A DNA stretch of 64,000 nucleotides from a virus (Duplodnaviria; Caudoviricetes). The stretch covers positions 9,673 through 73,672 of the IMG/VR virus record IMGVR_UViG_2772190774_000001; one strand, 5' to 3'. Within the stretch, counting starts at the first letter, position 1, and every line of letters begins with the position of its first letter. Shown piece after piece: positions 7,273-16,210 of the stretch. The notes beneath the pieces are model-generated. The model made no database searches. It was not told the DNA's origin and saw only the letters and a program-made list of their open reading frames with translations. Both the position numbers and the translations under genes were made by a program.

Positions 7273-8262
7273 GTGCGTGTTGGCTTGACCGGCGGCGCCG
7301 GTTTCATCGGCGGCCACATCATCGAGGCCCTGGTCACCCGCGGCCATCAGGTGACCGTGTTCGACCACCAGGGCCGCATCGACCCGCAGATCATGCTCGG
7401 CCTGGACCCGTACGACCGGGACGCCATCACGGTGATGCTCGGCGACGTCCGCGACTCCACCGCGGTCACGGAGTTGGCGGCGCATGTGGACGGCATCATC
7501 CACCTCGCCGCGGTGCTGGGGACGCAGGAGACAATCGGCAACCCCCGACCCTCGGCGGAGACGAACATCCTCGGGTCGCTGAACGTCTTCGAGGCCGCAG
7601 CGCAGTACGGCCTCCCGGTCGCGTACGCCGGCGTGGGCAACCACTGGATGCGGGAGCACGGCGCCGGGTCGTACACCATCAGCAAGACGGCGGCGGAGGA
7701 CTTCGCCCGCATGTTCAACGCATACCGCGGCGGGCGCATCAGCATCGTGCGCCCAGTGAACGCCTACGGGCCCAGGCAGAGTGTGGCCGCCCCGTACGGC
7801 TCCTCGAAAGTGAGGAAAGTGCTGCCCGCGATGGCTTGCCGGGCGCTGACCGGGACGCCGATCGAGGTGTACGGCGACGGCACCCAGATCAGCGACTGCG
7901 TGTACGTCACCGACGTCGCCGCGGCGTTCACGGCTGCGTTGGAGCAGACCCGGGCGTCCATCAAGGCGCCGGCCAAGCCCATCGAGGTGGGTCCCGCGGA
8001 CAGTGTGACGGTGAACGACATCGCCCGCGTGGTCGCCGCCTGCGCGGCGAAGCTGACCGGCCGCGACCCGGTGGAGATCAAGCACCTGCCGATGCGCCCC
8101 GGCGAGGTGCCCAACTCTGTGGTGTCCGCGAACGTCACCACGCTGGCGCAGATCGGCCTGGACGCCGCCCAGTTCACGCCCCTGCATGAGGGGGTCGCGG
8201 TGACGGTGGAGTGGTACGCCCGCAACTGGCTGCCTGGCTACCTCGGTAAGGCGGTCGCGTGA
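7273..8262 (+). CDS. NAD-dependent epimerase/dehydratase (extended SDR)
   Basis: TGGAGFIG, HLAA, YTISK, NAYGPRQ, DCVYVTD. Confidence 0.95.
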   Translation: MRVGLTGGAGFIGGHIIEALVTRGHQVTVFDHQGRIDPQIMLGLDPYDRDAITVMLGDVRDSTAVTELAAHVDGIIHLAAVLGTQETIGNPRPSAETNILGSLNVFEAAAQYGLPVAYAGVGNHWMREHGAGSYTISKTAAEDFARMFNAYRGGRISIVRPVNAYGPRQSVAAPYGSSKVRKVLPAMACRALTGTPIEVYGDGTQISDCVYVTDVAAAFTAALEQTRASIKAPAKPIEVGPADSVTVNDIARVVAACAAKLTGRDPVEIKHLPMRPGEVPNSVVSANVTTLAQIGLDAAQFTPLHEGVAVTVEWYARNWLPGYLGKAVA

Positions 8263-9233
8263 AGGTCTTCGGCTGGCAGGCCGACCGGGCGGGGTGCGCA
8301 TGGTGGCGCATCCTGGAACCGTTCAAGTCTTTGGCCGCCCGCGGTCACGTGGTGGGGCATGACGTGCGGTACACGGCGGACTGGGACGACGCCGACACCG
8401 TCCTCGCGCAGCGGACGTGCATGCCCGGCCCCACCGGCAGGTGGCAGGAGTGGGCGCGTCAGGGGCGGTTCCTGGTGTACGACCTGGACGACGACCTGTT
8501 CAGTGTGGAGCTGTCCGCGCCGAACGGGCGGTTCTTCGCACAGCCTGAGGTGCAGCAGCGCATCCGCGACAACATCGCCACAGCGTGCCGTGTCACCGTC
8601 TGCTCGGAGCGGTTGGCGGAGGTCCTGGCCCCGCTTCATGACGACGTGCGGGTGGTGCCCAACGGTGTCCCCGCCCACCTGCTCGACCGGCCCACGCCCG
8701 CCCGGAGTGGTCGGCTGGTCGTGGGCTGGGCGGGTACGCCGTCCACCCTCCCGGAGCTGTCCCTGGCTGTTCGCCCGCTGCGCCGACTGCTGGACCGGCG
8801 CGCCGATGTCGAGGTGCACACGCTGGGCCTCCCCCGAGAGGCGATCCGTCAGGCGAGGTTGCAGCACTCGCGGGTGCGGTCCACGCCGCCGATCGCGGAC
8901 CCTGACGCGTACCTCGCGGCGGTGGACTTCGACGTGTGGGTGGCGCCGTACAGGAGCACGGCATTCAACCGGGCCAAGGCGCCGACGAAGGCGTTGGAGG
9001 CTGCGGCGTTGGGGATCCCCATCGTCGCCTCCGACATCGAGCCGTACCGGCGCTTCGTCCGCCACGGGGAGACCGGCTTCTTGGTGCGGCAGGACCACGA
9101 GTGGGACGCCTACCTGCGTGAGCTGTGCGACGACGACCTGCGCCAGCGAATGGGGCAGGCGGCCCGCGAACTGGCCCGGCAACACACGACCGAGGCCATC
9201 GCCCCGCTGTGGGAGGAGGCGCTGACGCCGTGA
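8259..9233 (+). CDS. GT-B glycosyltransferase (GT4-like)
   Basis: KALEAAALGIPIVASDI...HGETGFLV; GTGA overlap. Confidence 0.9.
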   Translation: MKVFGWQADRAGCAWWRILEPFKSLAARGHVVGHDVRYTADWDDADTVLAQRTCMPGPTGRWQEWARQGRFLVYDLDDDLFSVELSAPNGRFFAQPEVQQRIRDNIATACRVTVCSERLAEVLAPLHDDVRVVPNGVPAHLLDRPTPARSGRLVVGWAGTPSTLPELSLAVRPLRRLLDRRADVEVHTLGLPREAIRQARLQHSRVRSTPPIADPDAYLAAVDFDVWVAPYRSTAFNRAKAPTKALEAAALGIPIVASDIEPYRRFVRHGETGFLVRQDHEWDAYLRELCDDDLRQRMGQAARELARQHTTEAIAPLWEEALTP

Positions 9234-9979
9234 AGGTCGGTGTTGCGATCCCTGCGTACAACGAGGTGCACACCATCGGGCGGTGCCTGGACAGTGTGCG
9301 AGCGCAGACTCATCAGGCGAGGGCGTATGTCGCTGTGGACGCCTCAACGGACGGAACACTCGAACTCCTGCAACACCACCCGCAGTGGTGGGCGGGCCTG
9401 ACGTGGCTACCTGAACGGTCCGGGTGGCCAACAGCCCTGAACGCCGCCGCCGAGCTGGCCATCAATGACGGCTGCGATGCGGTGATGGTGATGAACGCCG
9501 ACGACTACATGCGGGCCGACGCCGTGGAACGCCTCAGCGTGGCGTTGGAAGGCCACGACTGGGCGCTGCCCTACGCCCAGCAGGTCGGCGCTGAGAACGC
9601 CGTTCAGGTGCCGTTGAAGCGTTTCCCGTTGACGCTGAGGGACTTCTCCGGCCCGCACTGCCCGATCATTGTGTTCGGCCTGATCCGGGCCCGCGTGTGG
9701 CAGGACCTCGGCGGCTACGCGACGGACGTCTCTCTCCCCGGTTCGTACGGCTACAACGAGGACTGGGACTTCTGGATCCGGGCGTTCAAAGCGGGCTACG
9801 GGTCCGGAGCGCTCGTGAGGGAACCGCTGCTGTTCTACGTGATGAGCGACAAGCAGCTCCACAAGCAGGGGCTTCACCGCCATGCCGAGGCCCGAGCCTT
9901 GATCATGGCGAAGCACCCTGACGTGTTCGAACACCGGCAGTGGGCGCCGTGCTCCTGCGGTTGCATGGAAGGGGTTTGA
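9230..9979 (+). CDS. GT2-family glycosyltransferase
   Basis: VAIPAYNE, VDASTDGT, MNADDY, EDWDFWIR; GTG at 9230. Confidence 0.9.
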   Translation: MKVGVAIPAYNEVHTIGRCLDSVRAQTHQARAYVAVDASTDGTLELLQHHPQWWAGLTWLPERSGWPTALNAAAELAINDGCDAVMVMNADDYMRADAVERLSVALEGHDWALPYAQQVGAENAVQVPLKRFPLTLRDFSGPHCPIIVFGLIRARVWQDLGGYATDVSLPGSYGYNEDWDFWIRAFKAGYGSGALVREPLLFYVMSDKQLHKQGLHRHAEARALIMAKHPDVFEHRQWAPCSCGCMEGV

Positions 9980-9980
9980 T

Positions 9981-10850
9981 GTGATCGACGCCCACCCGGT
10001 GATCTGCTGGACCCCGTACGGCCGGCGCCGGACGGTGAGCATCCTCGCTGAGTACATGAAGCGGGACCACGCTGCGGGGGTGGTGGACGAGTGGTGGCTG
10101 TACGCGAACTGCGACCCGAGCGGGCAGGAGGATGACCTGGCCTACGCGCACGAGCTCGCCGCCACCTACGACTGGGTGAAGGTGCTGGAGCGGCCGGAGG
10201 GGTACGCCCGCCAGCACCCAAAGCAGCGCAATACAGGCCTGTTTTACCTGTACTGCACGGACCCTGAGGCGGTCTACCTGAGGTTCGACGATGACATCGT
10301 GTACGTGCACGAGGCGGCCATCGAGAACCTGGTAAGGACGAAGCTGGCGCTGCGCGACTCGGTGTTGTGCGCGTTCCCCATCATCATCAACAACGCCGTC
10401 GTGTCGTGGCACCTCCAGCAACAGCGGCGTATCCCCTGCTCGGGTGACGGATGGCAGTCGGTGCAGTTCCCGTACTGCATGGACGCCGTCGGCTGGGCGG
10501 ACGGCGGGTTCGCGGTGCGCCTCCATGAGCTGCTGCTGAAGAAGATCGAGGCGGGCACGGTGGAGGACCTGTACATGCACCACACCGTGACCCTCGCCGA
10601 GCGGCAGCAGTTCTCCGTGTCGTGCTTCGCCACCATGGGCTCCGACTACACGGTGCTCGACCCGCCCGGCCATCTGGGGGCGGAGGAGGAGTTCTGGCAC
10701 AGCGTGCACCGGCCTAAGCAGGCGAGCCGGGCAAACATCATCGTCGATAGTGCGGTGGTGTCGCACTGGTCGTTCTACCACCAGCACAAGGAGCTGGACG
10801 CGTCCGGCCTGCTCGACCGGTACCGGGAGCTCGCTGCCAACTTGAGCTGA
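9981..10850 (+). CDS. GT-A-like putative glycosyltransferase
   Basis: TPYGRRR...YLRFDDDIVYVH DxD motif; in operon with the other GTs. Confidence 0.6.
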   Translation: MIDAHPVICWTPYGRRRTVSILAEYMKRDHAAGVVDEWWLYANCDPSGQEDDLAYAHELAATYDWVKVLERPEGYARQHPKQRNTGLFYLYCTDPEAVYLRFDDDIVYVHEAAIENLVRTKLALRDSVLCAFPIIINNAVVSWHLQQQRRIPCSGDGWQSVQFPYCMDAVGWADGGFAVRLHELLLKKIEAGTVEDLYMHHTVTLAERQQFSVSCFATMGSDYTVLDPPGHLGAEEEFWHSVHRPKQASRANIIVDSAVVSHWSFYHQHKELDASGLLDRYRELAANLS

Positions 10851-11092
10851 TGGCGGGCACCGCTCTGCGAGACAATGGCACTATGAGAGACCTGGGCGAG
10901 TCAATGCGGCGTATGGCCGACGAGGCGAACCGTTGCCGCGATTCTCACGACAGAATGGGCAGAGCCGCGAGCGGTGCCGCCCGCGCGTTCTCTGGCCTCA
11001 TGCATGCAGCGGCGGAAGGAGACGCAGCCGACATCGCCGCTCACCCCGATCTGACCTACCTCGACCTTCAGGCGCGCGGGTTTTACGACTGA
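10850..11092 (+). CDS. small hypothetical protein
   Basis: TGATG overlap; start could be 10883. Confidence 0.5.
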   Translation: MAGTALRDNGTMRDLGESMRRMADEANRCRDSHDRMGRAASGAARAFSGLMHAAAEGDAADIAAHPDLTYLDLQARGFYD

Positions 11093-11110
11093 CCCACCCA
11101 AGCGGCACGG

Positions 11111-11145
11111 AAGCGCCTCCCACCTTTTGCAGGTGGGAGGCGCTT
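11111..11145. terminator. bidirectional terminator hairpin
   Basis: AAGCGCCTCCCACC/GGTGGGAGGCGCTT between convergent operons. Confidence 0.8.
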
Positions 11146-11146
11146 T

Positions 11147-11338
11147 CTATGCGGCGGCGGGTTCGCCCTTGACCTCGGCCAACTGCCGCCGCAACTCCTC
11201 CCGCTCCCCGAGGAGCTGGTCCACCGCCACACGCAACTGCGTCGCCTCATGCAGCAGGTCGTTCCGCTGCTTCTCCAGCTCCCGCGCGTACGCCCCGACA
11301 TCGATCCGGAACGTCTCCCGCTGCTCGCCGTCGCTCAC
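11147..11338 (-). CDS. small coiled-coil protein (end of tail operon)
   Basis: heptad pattern; ATGA coupling. Confidence 0.7.
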   Translation of the reverse strand: MSDGEQRETFRIDVGAYARELEKQRNDLLHEATQLRVAVDQLLGEREELRRQLAEVKGEPAAA

Positions 11339-11883
11339 CGCTGCCTCCCCATCTTCTCCATCCGAACCTGCTCCACCCTCTGGGCGCGCTCGGTCACCGC
11401 GTCGCGGTCCATCCGCTGCTCCATGTCCGCCCGGAGGATCGCGTGAATGTCCGGCACTGCCGCTGCCTTGCCCCGAGCAGCCACCATGCGCTGCGCCGCC
11501 CGGGTGGTCACCTGCGGCTCCGCCGCCTGCCCGATCGGGCGTTCCGCCTCCAACACCCGCAAAGCGGCCTGCACCCGCTCCCGAGCCTCAGCAGCGGGCA
11601 TCGCGAACGGGTCGAATTGGACCTCGTCCAGGCGGCCCTCCCGGCGTAGGGTCTCCCGTGCGTACGCCAGGTAGGTGACGTGCCGCACCAAGTCCTCACG
11701 ATGGTCGGGGTCGTCCACGTCGTACCCGTACACCGCCGCCACGTCGTTGACGTAGTCCTTCGGCATGCTCACGCAGTACTCACCCGAGTGGGACACCTCC
11801 GGCGGCACCTGGTACTCAATGACCCACCGCTCCCCGTCGTGCGCCTGGTCGTCGTCCGCCAGCCCAGTGACTTCCCAGCTCAT
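11335..11883 (-). CDS. hypothetical tail-associated protein (182 aa)
   Basis: ATG at 11883 overlaps the stop of the large tail protein. Confidence 0.7.
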   Translation of the reverse strand: MSWEVTGLADDDQAHDGERWVIEYQVPPEVSHSGEYCVSMPKDYVNDVAAVYGYDVDDPDHREDLVRHVTYLAYARETLRREGRLDEVQFDPFAMPAAEARERVQAALRVLEAERPIGQAAEPQVTTRAAQRMVAARGKAAAVPDIHAILRADMEQRMDRDAVTERAQRVEQVRMEKMGRQR

Positions 11884-14800
11884 GCCCGGTGCCCGAACCA
11901 GTTGATGTGATCCACGCTGCTGGACAGGCTGGCCCCGGTCCACGCCCAGGAGAAACTGTCCTGCGAGTTGTTAGTCATACTGAACCCTCCGTTTGTACCC
12001 GCGCGGACCTGAGCCACGGGGTAAGGGTTTCCGCTGTAGGTGAGCCCATAGAAGATCGTGCCGCCCGTGCCGGACACGTTGGCCTTTCCAGCGAGGAACG
12101 CCGAGTCGGTGTTGTTGCCCCACTTGCCGTGGATGCGGACGGTGCCGACCCCGTCCATGTACATGCTCGCGCCGTTGACGTAGCCCATGGTGATCGCGCC
12201 GAACGCGGTGATGTACCCGCCCTGCCAGTCGGGGGTGGCGTCGCAGAACCCCATCTCCCACCCGCTGGACGTGAAGCGCAACCGGCTGCGGCGGTTGGAC
12301 TGGATGGCCGACCCGATTTCCATCTGGTGCGTACCACCCAGGTCCTGCGTCCAATAGTGATATTGGTTGAGGTCGTACTCCTCGTACAGGCGGATCTCCG
12401 GCTCGTACGCCCCCGACGTGGGTCCGGGGTTGATGACCAGGCGTTTCTGCGCCGTCTCCGAGCTGCTGATCCGGCCGACGACAGTGACGGTGCCATCGAC
12501 GGCGTTGATGTCGACCGTCCTGTCACCGCTGGAGTTGTACGCCTCGAACCCGTTCTGGTCGATGACGATCCGCGACCCGGAGGTGCCCGAGCGGAGGGTG
12601 AAACTGCCGGAGGCGTTGAGGTCGACCAGCGTGACACCGCTCCCGTTGAAGATCTTCAACCCGGTCGTGTCCAGCGAGACCCGCGCCCCGGTCGCGGCCG
12701 ACCTCATGTAGAAGCTGCCGTCGCTCGTTGCGAGGTTCACCGTCTGGAACCCATCCGCCATGTAGGTACGCAAGCCCGAGGTGTCCAACTCCACCCGCGC
12801 CCCCGTGCTGCCGGAGCGCAGGGTGAAAGACCCCGACGTCGACAAGGTCACCAGCGACGTGCCGGCGGAGTTGATGATGCGCAAGCCCGTCGTGTCGAGC
12901 TCCAGCCGGGAACCTGTCGCCGCCGAGCGCAGCAGGAACGACCCATCGGCCTGGGAGATCGCCACGGTCTGGACGTTGCCTGACGTCCACGCCCCGATCC
13001 CGCCACTGTTGAGCTCGACACGGGCGCCGGTGTTGGCGGTTTTGATGCGGGCGCCGACGATCCAGTCCGCTCCGATCGTCCCCGCGGTCACCTTGGACAC
13101 GGTGAGGTTGCTGATGTGCGCGTCGTCGATCAGGTCCGCCGTGGCCACCGCGGCATCCGACGCCGTGGACTTGTTCCCGCTGGTGTCGACGGCGATGACC
13201 TTCACATACCTGGCTGTGGTCGCCGAGGTCGGGAACGTGGCCACGGCCGGCACTTCGGCGATCAGCATGCCGGCGTTCGCGGGCAGGTTCCCCACGATGG
13301 TGGTCTCGTCCGGGGTGAACGTCGACGACGTGCCGACGTGCACCTCGAAATGGTCGAGGTCGGGCTCCAGGTTGTAGGTGCCCCCGCTGGCTTTGCCCAG
13401 CTCGTGCACCACCTGAATGGCGATCAGCGACCCGGCCACCGTGGGTGCCGCCGGGGTGGACGGGGCGAGGGTGTCCGCTGACACGGTGATGGTCTGCGTG
13501 ACCGACCAAGGGGAGAAGTGCTGGTAGCGGTCCGCGGCGCGGATCCCGATGTCGTAGTCCGCGCCTGGGGACAGGTCTTGGATGAGGATGCTGTTGGTGT
13601 CCCACGCCGCGTAGACGAGTTGCCAGTCCGTGGCCGGGTGCACGGAGTATCGGATCTCGTAGTGGTCCCCGTCGAGGACCGTGCTGCCGTCGTCGTTGAA
13701 CGGGGTGAGCCAGGTCAGCAGCACATTCGCCCGGGTCTGCCCAAGCGCGTCCTGATACGACTGCGTCTGGAACGGCGGATCCCAGTCGGGGGTGGCCGGC
13801 GTCGACAGGTCCTCGCTGGGGCGGGGGCCGATCGGTTCCGATCCGCCACCCGTCAGCGAGCGGGGGAGTTCGCCGATGGTGATGGACACGTCGGCCTGGT
13901 TTTCGAACTTCACGTGGTCGGTGAGGTCCCACCACACGCCGTCCCGGTCCCGGAACGCCACGGTCATGCCGTCCACGACGGGCCAGGTCATCTCGACGCA
14001 GCGGTAGCGGGCGGGGTTGATTCGCTGCCCCCGGAAGATGACCTCGTTCGCAATGTCGTACAGGCCGGTGTCGGGGTCGTACACCCACACGTACTCCCCC
14101 ACGCCCAGAGTGCCCGCCACGTCGTAATCCGAGGCGGCCAGGCGCATGCTGCGGCGGGTGGAGGAGATCGCGTTGAGTTCGATCTGCGCCCGCACCGTGG
14201 CGTTGCTGCCAGCGGTGGACGACTCGGACACGACCTTCGTCAGGGTGACCTGGTGGCCGAACAGGTCCTTGTATGGGACCGAGACGGCGTTCGCCGCGCC
14301 CGTCGCGATCGAGCTGCCTTGCCCTTCGGCGAGGATCACCACCCGTGTGGCGTACTCCTCCACGTCCTCGGCGGAGTCGATTTTCCCCTGGTAGGCGTTC
14401 AGGGTGAGGTCCCGGCCGTAGCCGTGTTTGACCAGCATCGCCGCCTCAGTGCGGGGCGGGTACAGCTGGTCGATCGTCCCCGCATCCACAGAGGCGTCGC
14501 CGTTGACCCGCCACTCGGCGCCGAACGTGGTGCAGACGTAGTCGATGGCCTTACGCGGGGTTTGCCACTGGTGCCGGCCGCTGTACGTCCCGGCCACGCT
14601 GTGCAGGGTCCCCTCGGCCACGCTCGTCGGCAGCAGTCCGCGGATGACCTGCGCGAACGTCTTGCTAGTGAACACGGCGGTGGACTCGATGACGGGACCC
14701 TTACCTGACTCGTCGCCCAGCCAGTAGGCCATGCCGACGCCGTTGAGGCGGTAGGTGCCGTCGACGTTGTGCGTCCGGTTGTCGACGTCGTTGACCCTGT

Positions 14801-14987
14801 TCCGGTACACCCCGACGTACCGGGCCGATGACAGCAGTTCGTCGCCGTACTCCTTCGGGTTGAGGCGGCCCTCGATGACGGCGATGTGCCCCAGGTAGGT
14901 GAGGGCGTCCAGCAGTTCCTGCGGGGTCGACGACCGCAGGCTGATGGAGAACGACCCGAGGGCTTGCTTGACCTCTGTCACCGGCAT
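11880..14987 (-). CDS. minor tail / hub / host-specificity protein with FN3-like domains (1035 aa)
   Basis: size, position, IQDLSPGADYDIGIRAADRY FN3 motif, beta-rich C-terminal repeats. Confidence 0.85.
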   Translation of the reverse strand: MPVTEVKQALGSFSISLRSSTPQELLDALTYLGHIAVIEGRLNPKEYGDELLSSARYVGVYRNRVNDVDNRTHNVDGTYRLNGVGMAYWLGDESGKGPVIESTAVFTSKTFAQVIRGLLPTSVAEGTLHSVAGTYSGRHQWQTPRKAIDYVCTTFGAEWRVNGDASVDAGTIDQLYPPRTEAAMLVKHGYGRDLTLNAYQGKIDSAEDVEEYATRVVILAEGQGSSIATGAANAVSVPYKDLFGHQVTLTKVVSESSTAGSNATVRAQIELNAISSTRRSMRLAASDYDVAGTLGVGEYVWVYDPDTGLYDIANEVIFRGQRINPARYRCVEMTWPVVDGMTVAFRDRDGVWWDLTDHVKFENQADVSITIGELPRSLTGGGSEPIGPRPSEDLSTPATPDWDPPFQTQSYQDALGQTRANVLLTWLTPFNDDGSTVLDGDHYEIRYSVHPATDWQLVYAAWDTNSILIQDLSPGADYDIGIRAADRYQHFSPWSVTQTITVSADTLAPSTPAAPTVAGSLIAIQVVHELGKASGGTYNLEPDLDHFEVHVGTSSTFTPDETTIVGNLPANAGMLIAEVPAVATFPTSATTARYVKVIAVDTSGNKSTASDAAVATADLIDDAHISNLTVSKVTAGTIGADWIVGARIKTANTGARVELNSGGIGAWTSGNVQTVAISQADGSFLLRSAATGSRLELDTTGLRIINSAGTSLVTLSTSGSFTLRSGSTGARVELDTSGLRTYMADGFQTVNLATSDGSFYMRSAATGARVSLDTTGLKIFNGSGVTLVDLNASGSFTLRSGTSGSRIVIDQNGFEAYNSSGDRTVDINAVDGTVTVVGRISSSETAQKRLVINPGPTSGAYEPEIRLYEEYDLNQYHYWTQDLGGTHQMEIGSAIQSNRRSRLRFTSSGWEMGFCDATPDWQGGYITAFGAITMGYVNGASMYMDGVGTVRIHGKWGNNTDSAFLAGKANVSGTGGTIFYGLTYSGNPYPVAQVRAGTNGGFSMTNNSQDSFSWAWTGASLSSSVDHINWFGHRA

Positions 14988-14991
14988 GCGA

Positions 14992-16197
14992 CTACCTCCG
15001 GATCGCCATGGTCTGCTCGGGCAGGGCCCCGATGTACTGGTTCCGCAGGTCGGTGGCCGCGTCCCCTGACACGGCGCTGCTCCCGTCGACCACGGCGGCG
15101 AGGTAGAAGTCCAGCGCCGTCACAGACGCCTTGGAGACGCCGAGGTTGGCGTGCGCCGTGAACGACCGCGCAGAGCCGCAGGTCGCCTTATTGCCGTCGT
15201 CGTCATCGCTCGACGCCACGAGGTAGCCGCTCGACGCCGTGTTCGAATACGCCTCACCCGAAGTGAGGTACGCCGACAGGGTCGCCGATGTTGAGCGTTG
15301 CAGGTAGCACTCGACCAGGCGCGACCCCCGCCGCAGCCCGATGTCGAGCACGACCCGGCCGGTCTCGTTCGGGCCCTGCTCCCGGGTGAGGCGGAGGATG
15401 ACCTGCTCGTAGTCGTTCCGCACGAGCGTCGCGCTGTCCCACGCGGTGATCGCGGTGCCGTCGGAGATGGTCCAGTCCTTGGCCTCCCACGCGGTGCCGC
15501 CCCACGCCTCCACAACCAGCGTCCCCGCAGTGGAGGGGGTGACCCTGACCAGGGCGTTCGTCAGCTCCCAGCCCGAGGCTTCCAGCTGCTGGTTGGTGCC
15601 GGTGCGTTCCAGCCCCATCGACAGCAACCTGGCCCGGCCCATCGGATAGTCCGCGGGGGTGCACCCCCAGCGCGGGTTCGTCCCTGCGGCCAGGCCGCGG
15701 TACACGGTGATCGTGCCGTCCTGCGTGGCCCTGGTCATGGACGAGGGAATCGTGGCGCCGGCGGAATAGGCGTAGTGCCCGATGGCGGGGGCGTGCCACG
15801 CCTCCCCCGTGAGGCTGAAGTCGTTGGCCCTCTTGATCCCGGTCAGCCGGGACTGGATGTCTACCTCGCCGGGCCCGCCGAACCGCTTCAGGCTGATCGA
15901 CCAGTCGCTGGTCTGGATCTCGCCCTGCTCGTTGCGGAGGACGGCGGATGCGTCGGTCACCCCGTAGTACCCGTCGAGCCCCGTCTTGTCGTCGAACGTC
16001 ACCTGCACCAGCGCCCCGTGCAGCCCAAGGACGGAGTCGTGCCGGCCGCGCAGTTCTTCGGCCGGCAACGGTGGGCTCGCCTCCTGCCCGGTCAGCTTGA
16101 GCGCCCGCTCGCCGGTCTGGGCGTTCAGCGATTCCTCTCCCGTGGTGGTCTCGCGCAGGGTCAGGCGTCCGATGCGGATGGCGCCCCAGGTCGTCAC
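14992..16197 (-). CDS. minor tail protein (Dit-like position)
   Basis: 401 aa, beta-rich, in tail module. Confidence 0.75.
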   Translation of the reverse strand: MTTWGAIRIGRLTLRETTTGEESLNAQTGERALKLTGQEASPPLPAEELRGRHDSVLGLHGALVQVTFDDKTGLDGYYGVTDASAVLRNEQGEIQTSDWSISLKRFGGPGEVDIQSRLTGIKRANDFSLTGEAWHAPAIGHYAYSAGATIPSSMTRATQDGTITVYRGLAAGTNPRWGCTPADYPMGRARLLSMGLERTGTNQQLEASGWELTNALVRVTPSTAGTLVVEAWGGTAWEAKDWTISDGTAITAWDSATLVRNDYEQVILRLTREQGPNETGRVVLDIGLRRGSRLVECYLQRSTSATLSAYLTSGEAYSNTASSGYLVASSDDDDGNKATCGSARSFTAHANLGVSKASVTALDFYLAAVVDGSSAVSGDAATDLRNQYIGALPEQTMAIRR

Positions 16198-16210
16198 AGG
16201 TCCTCCCTGG

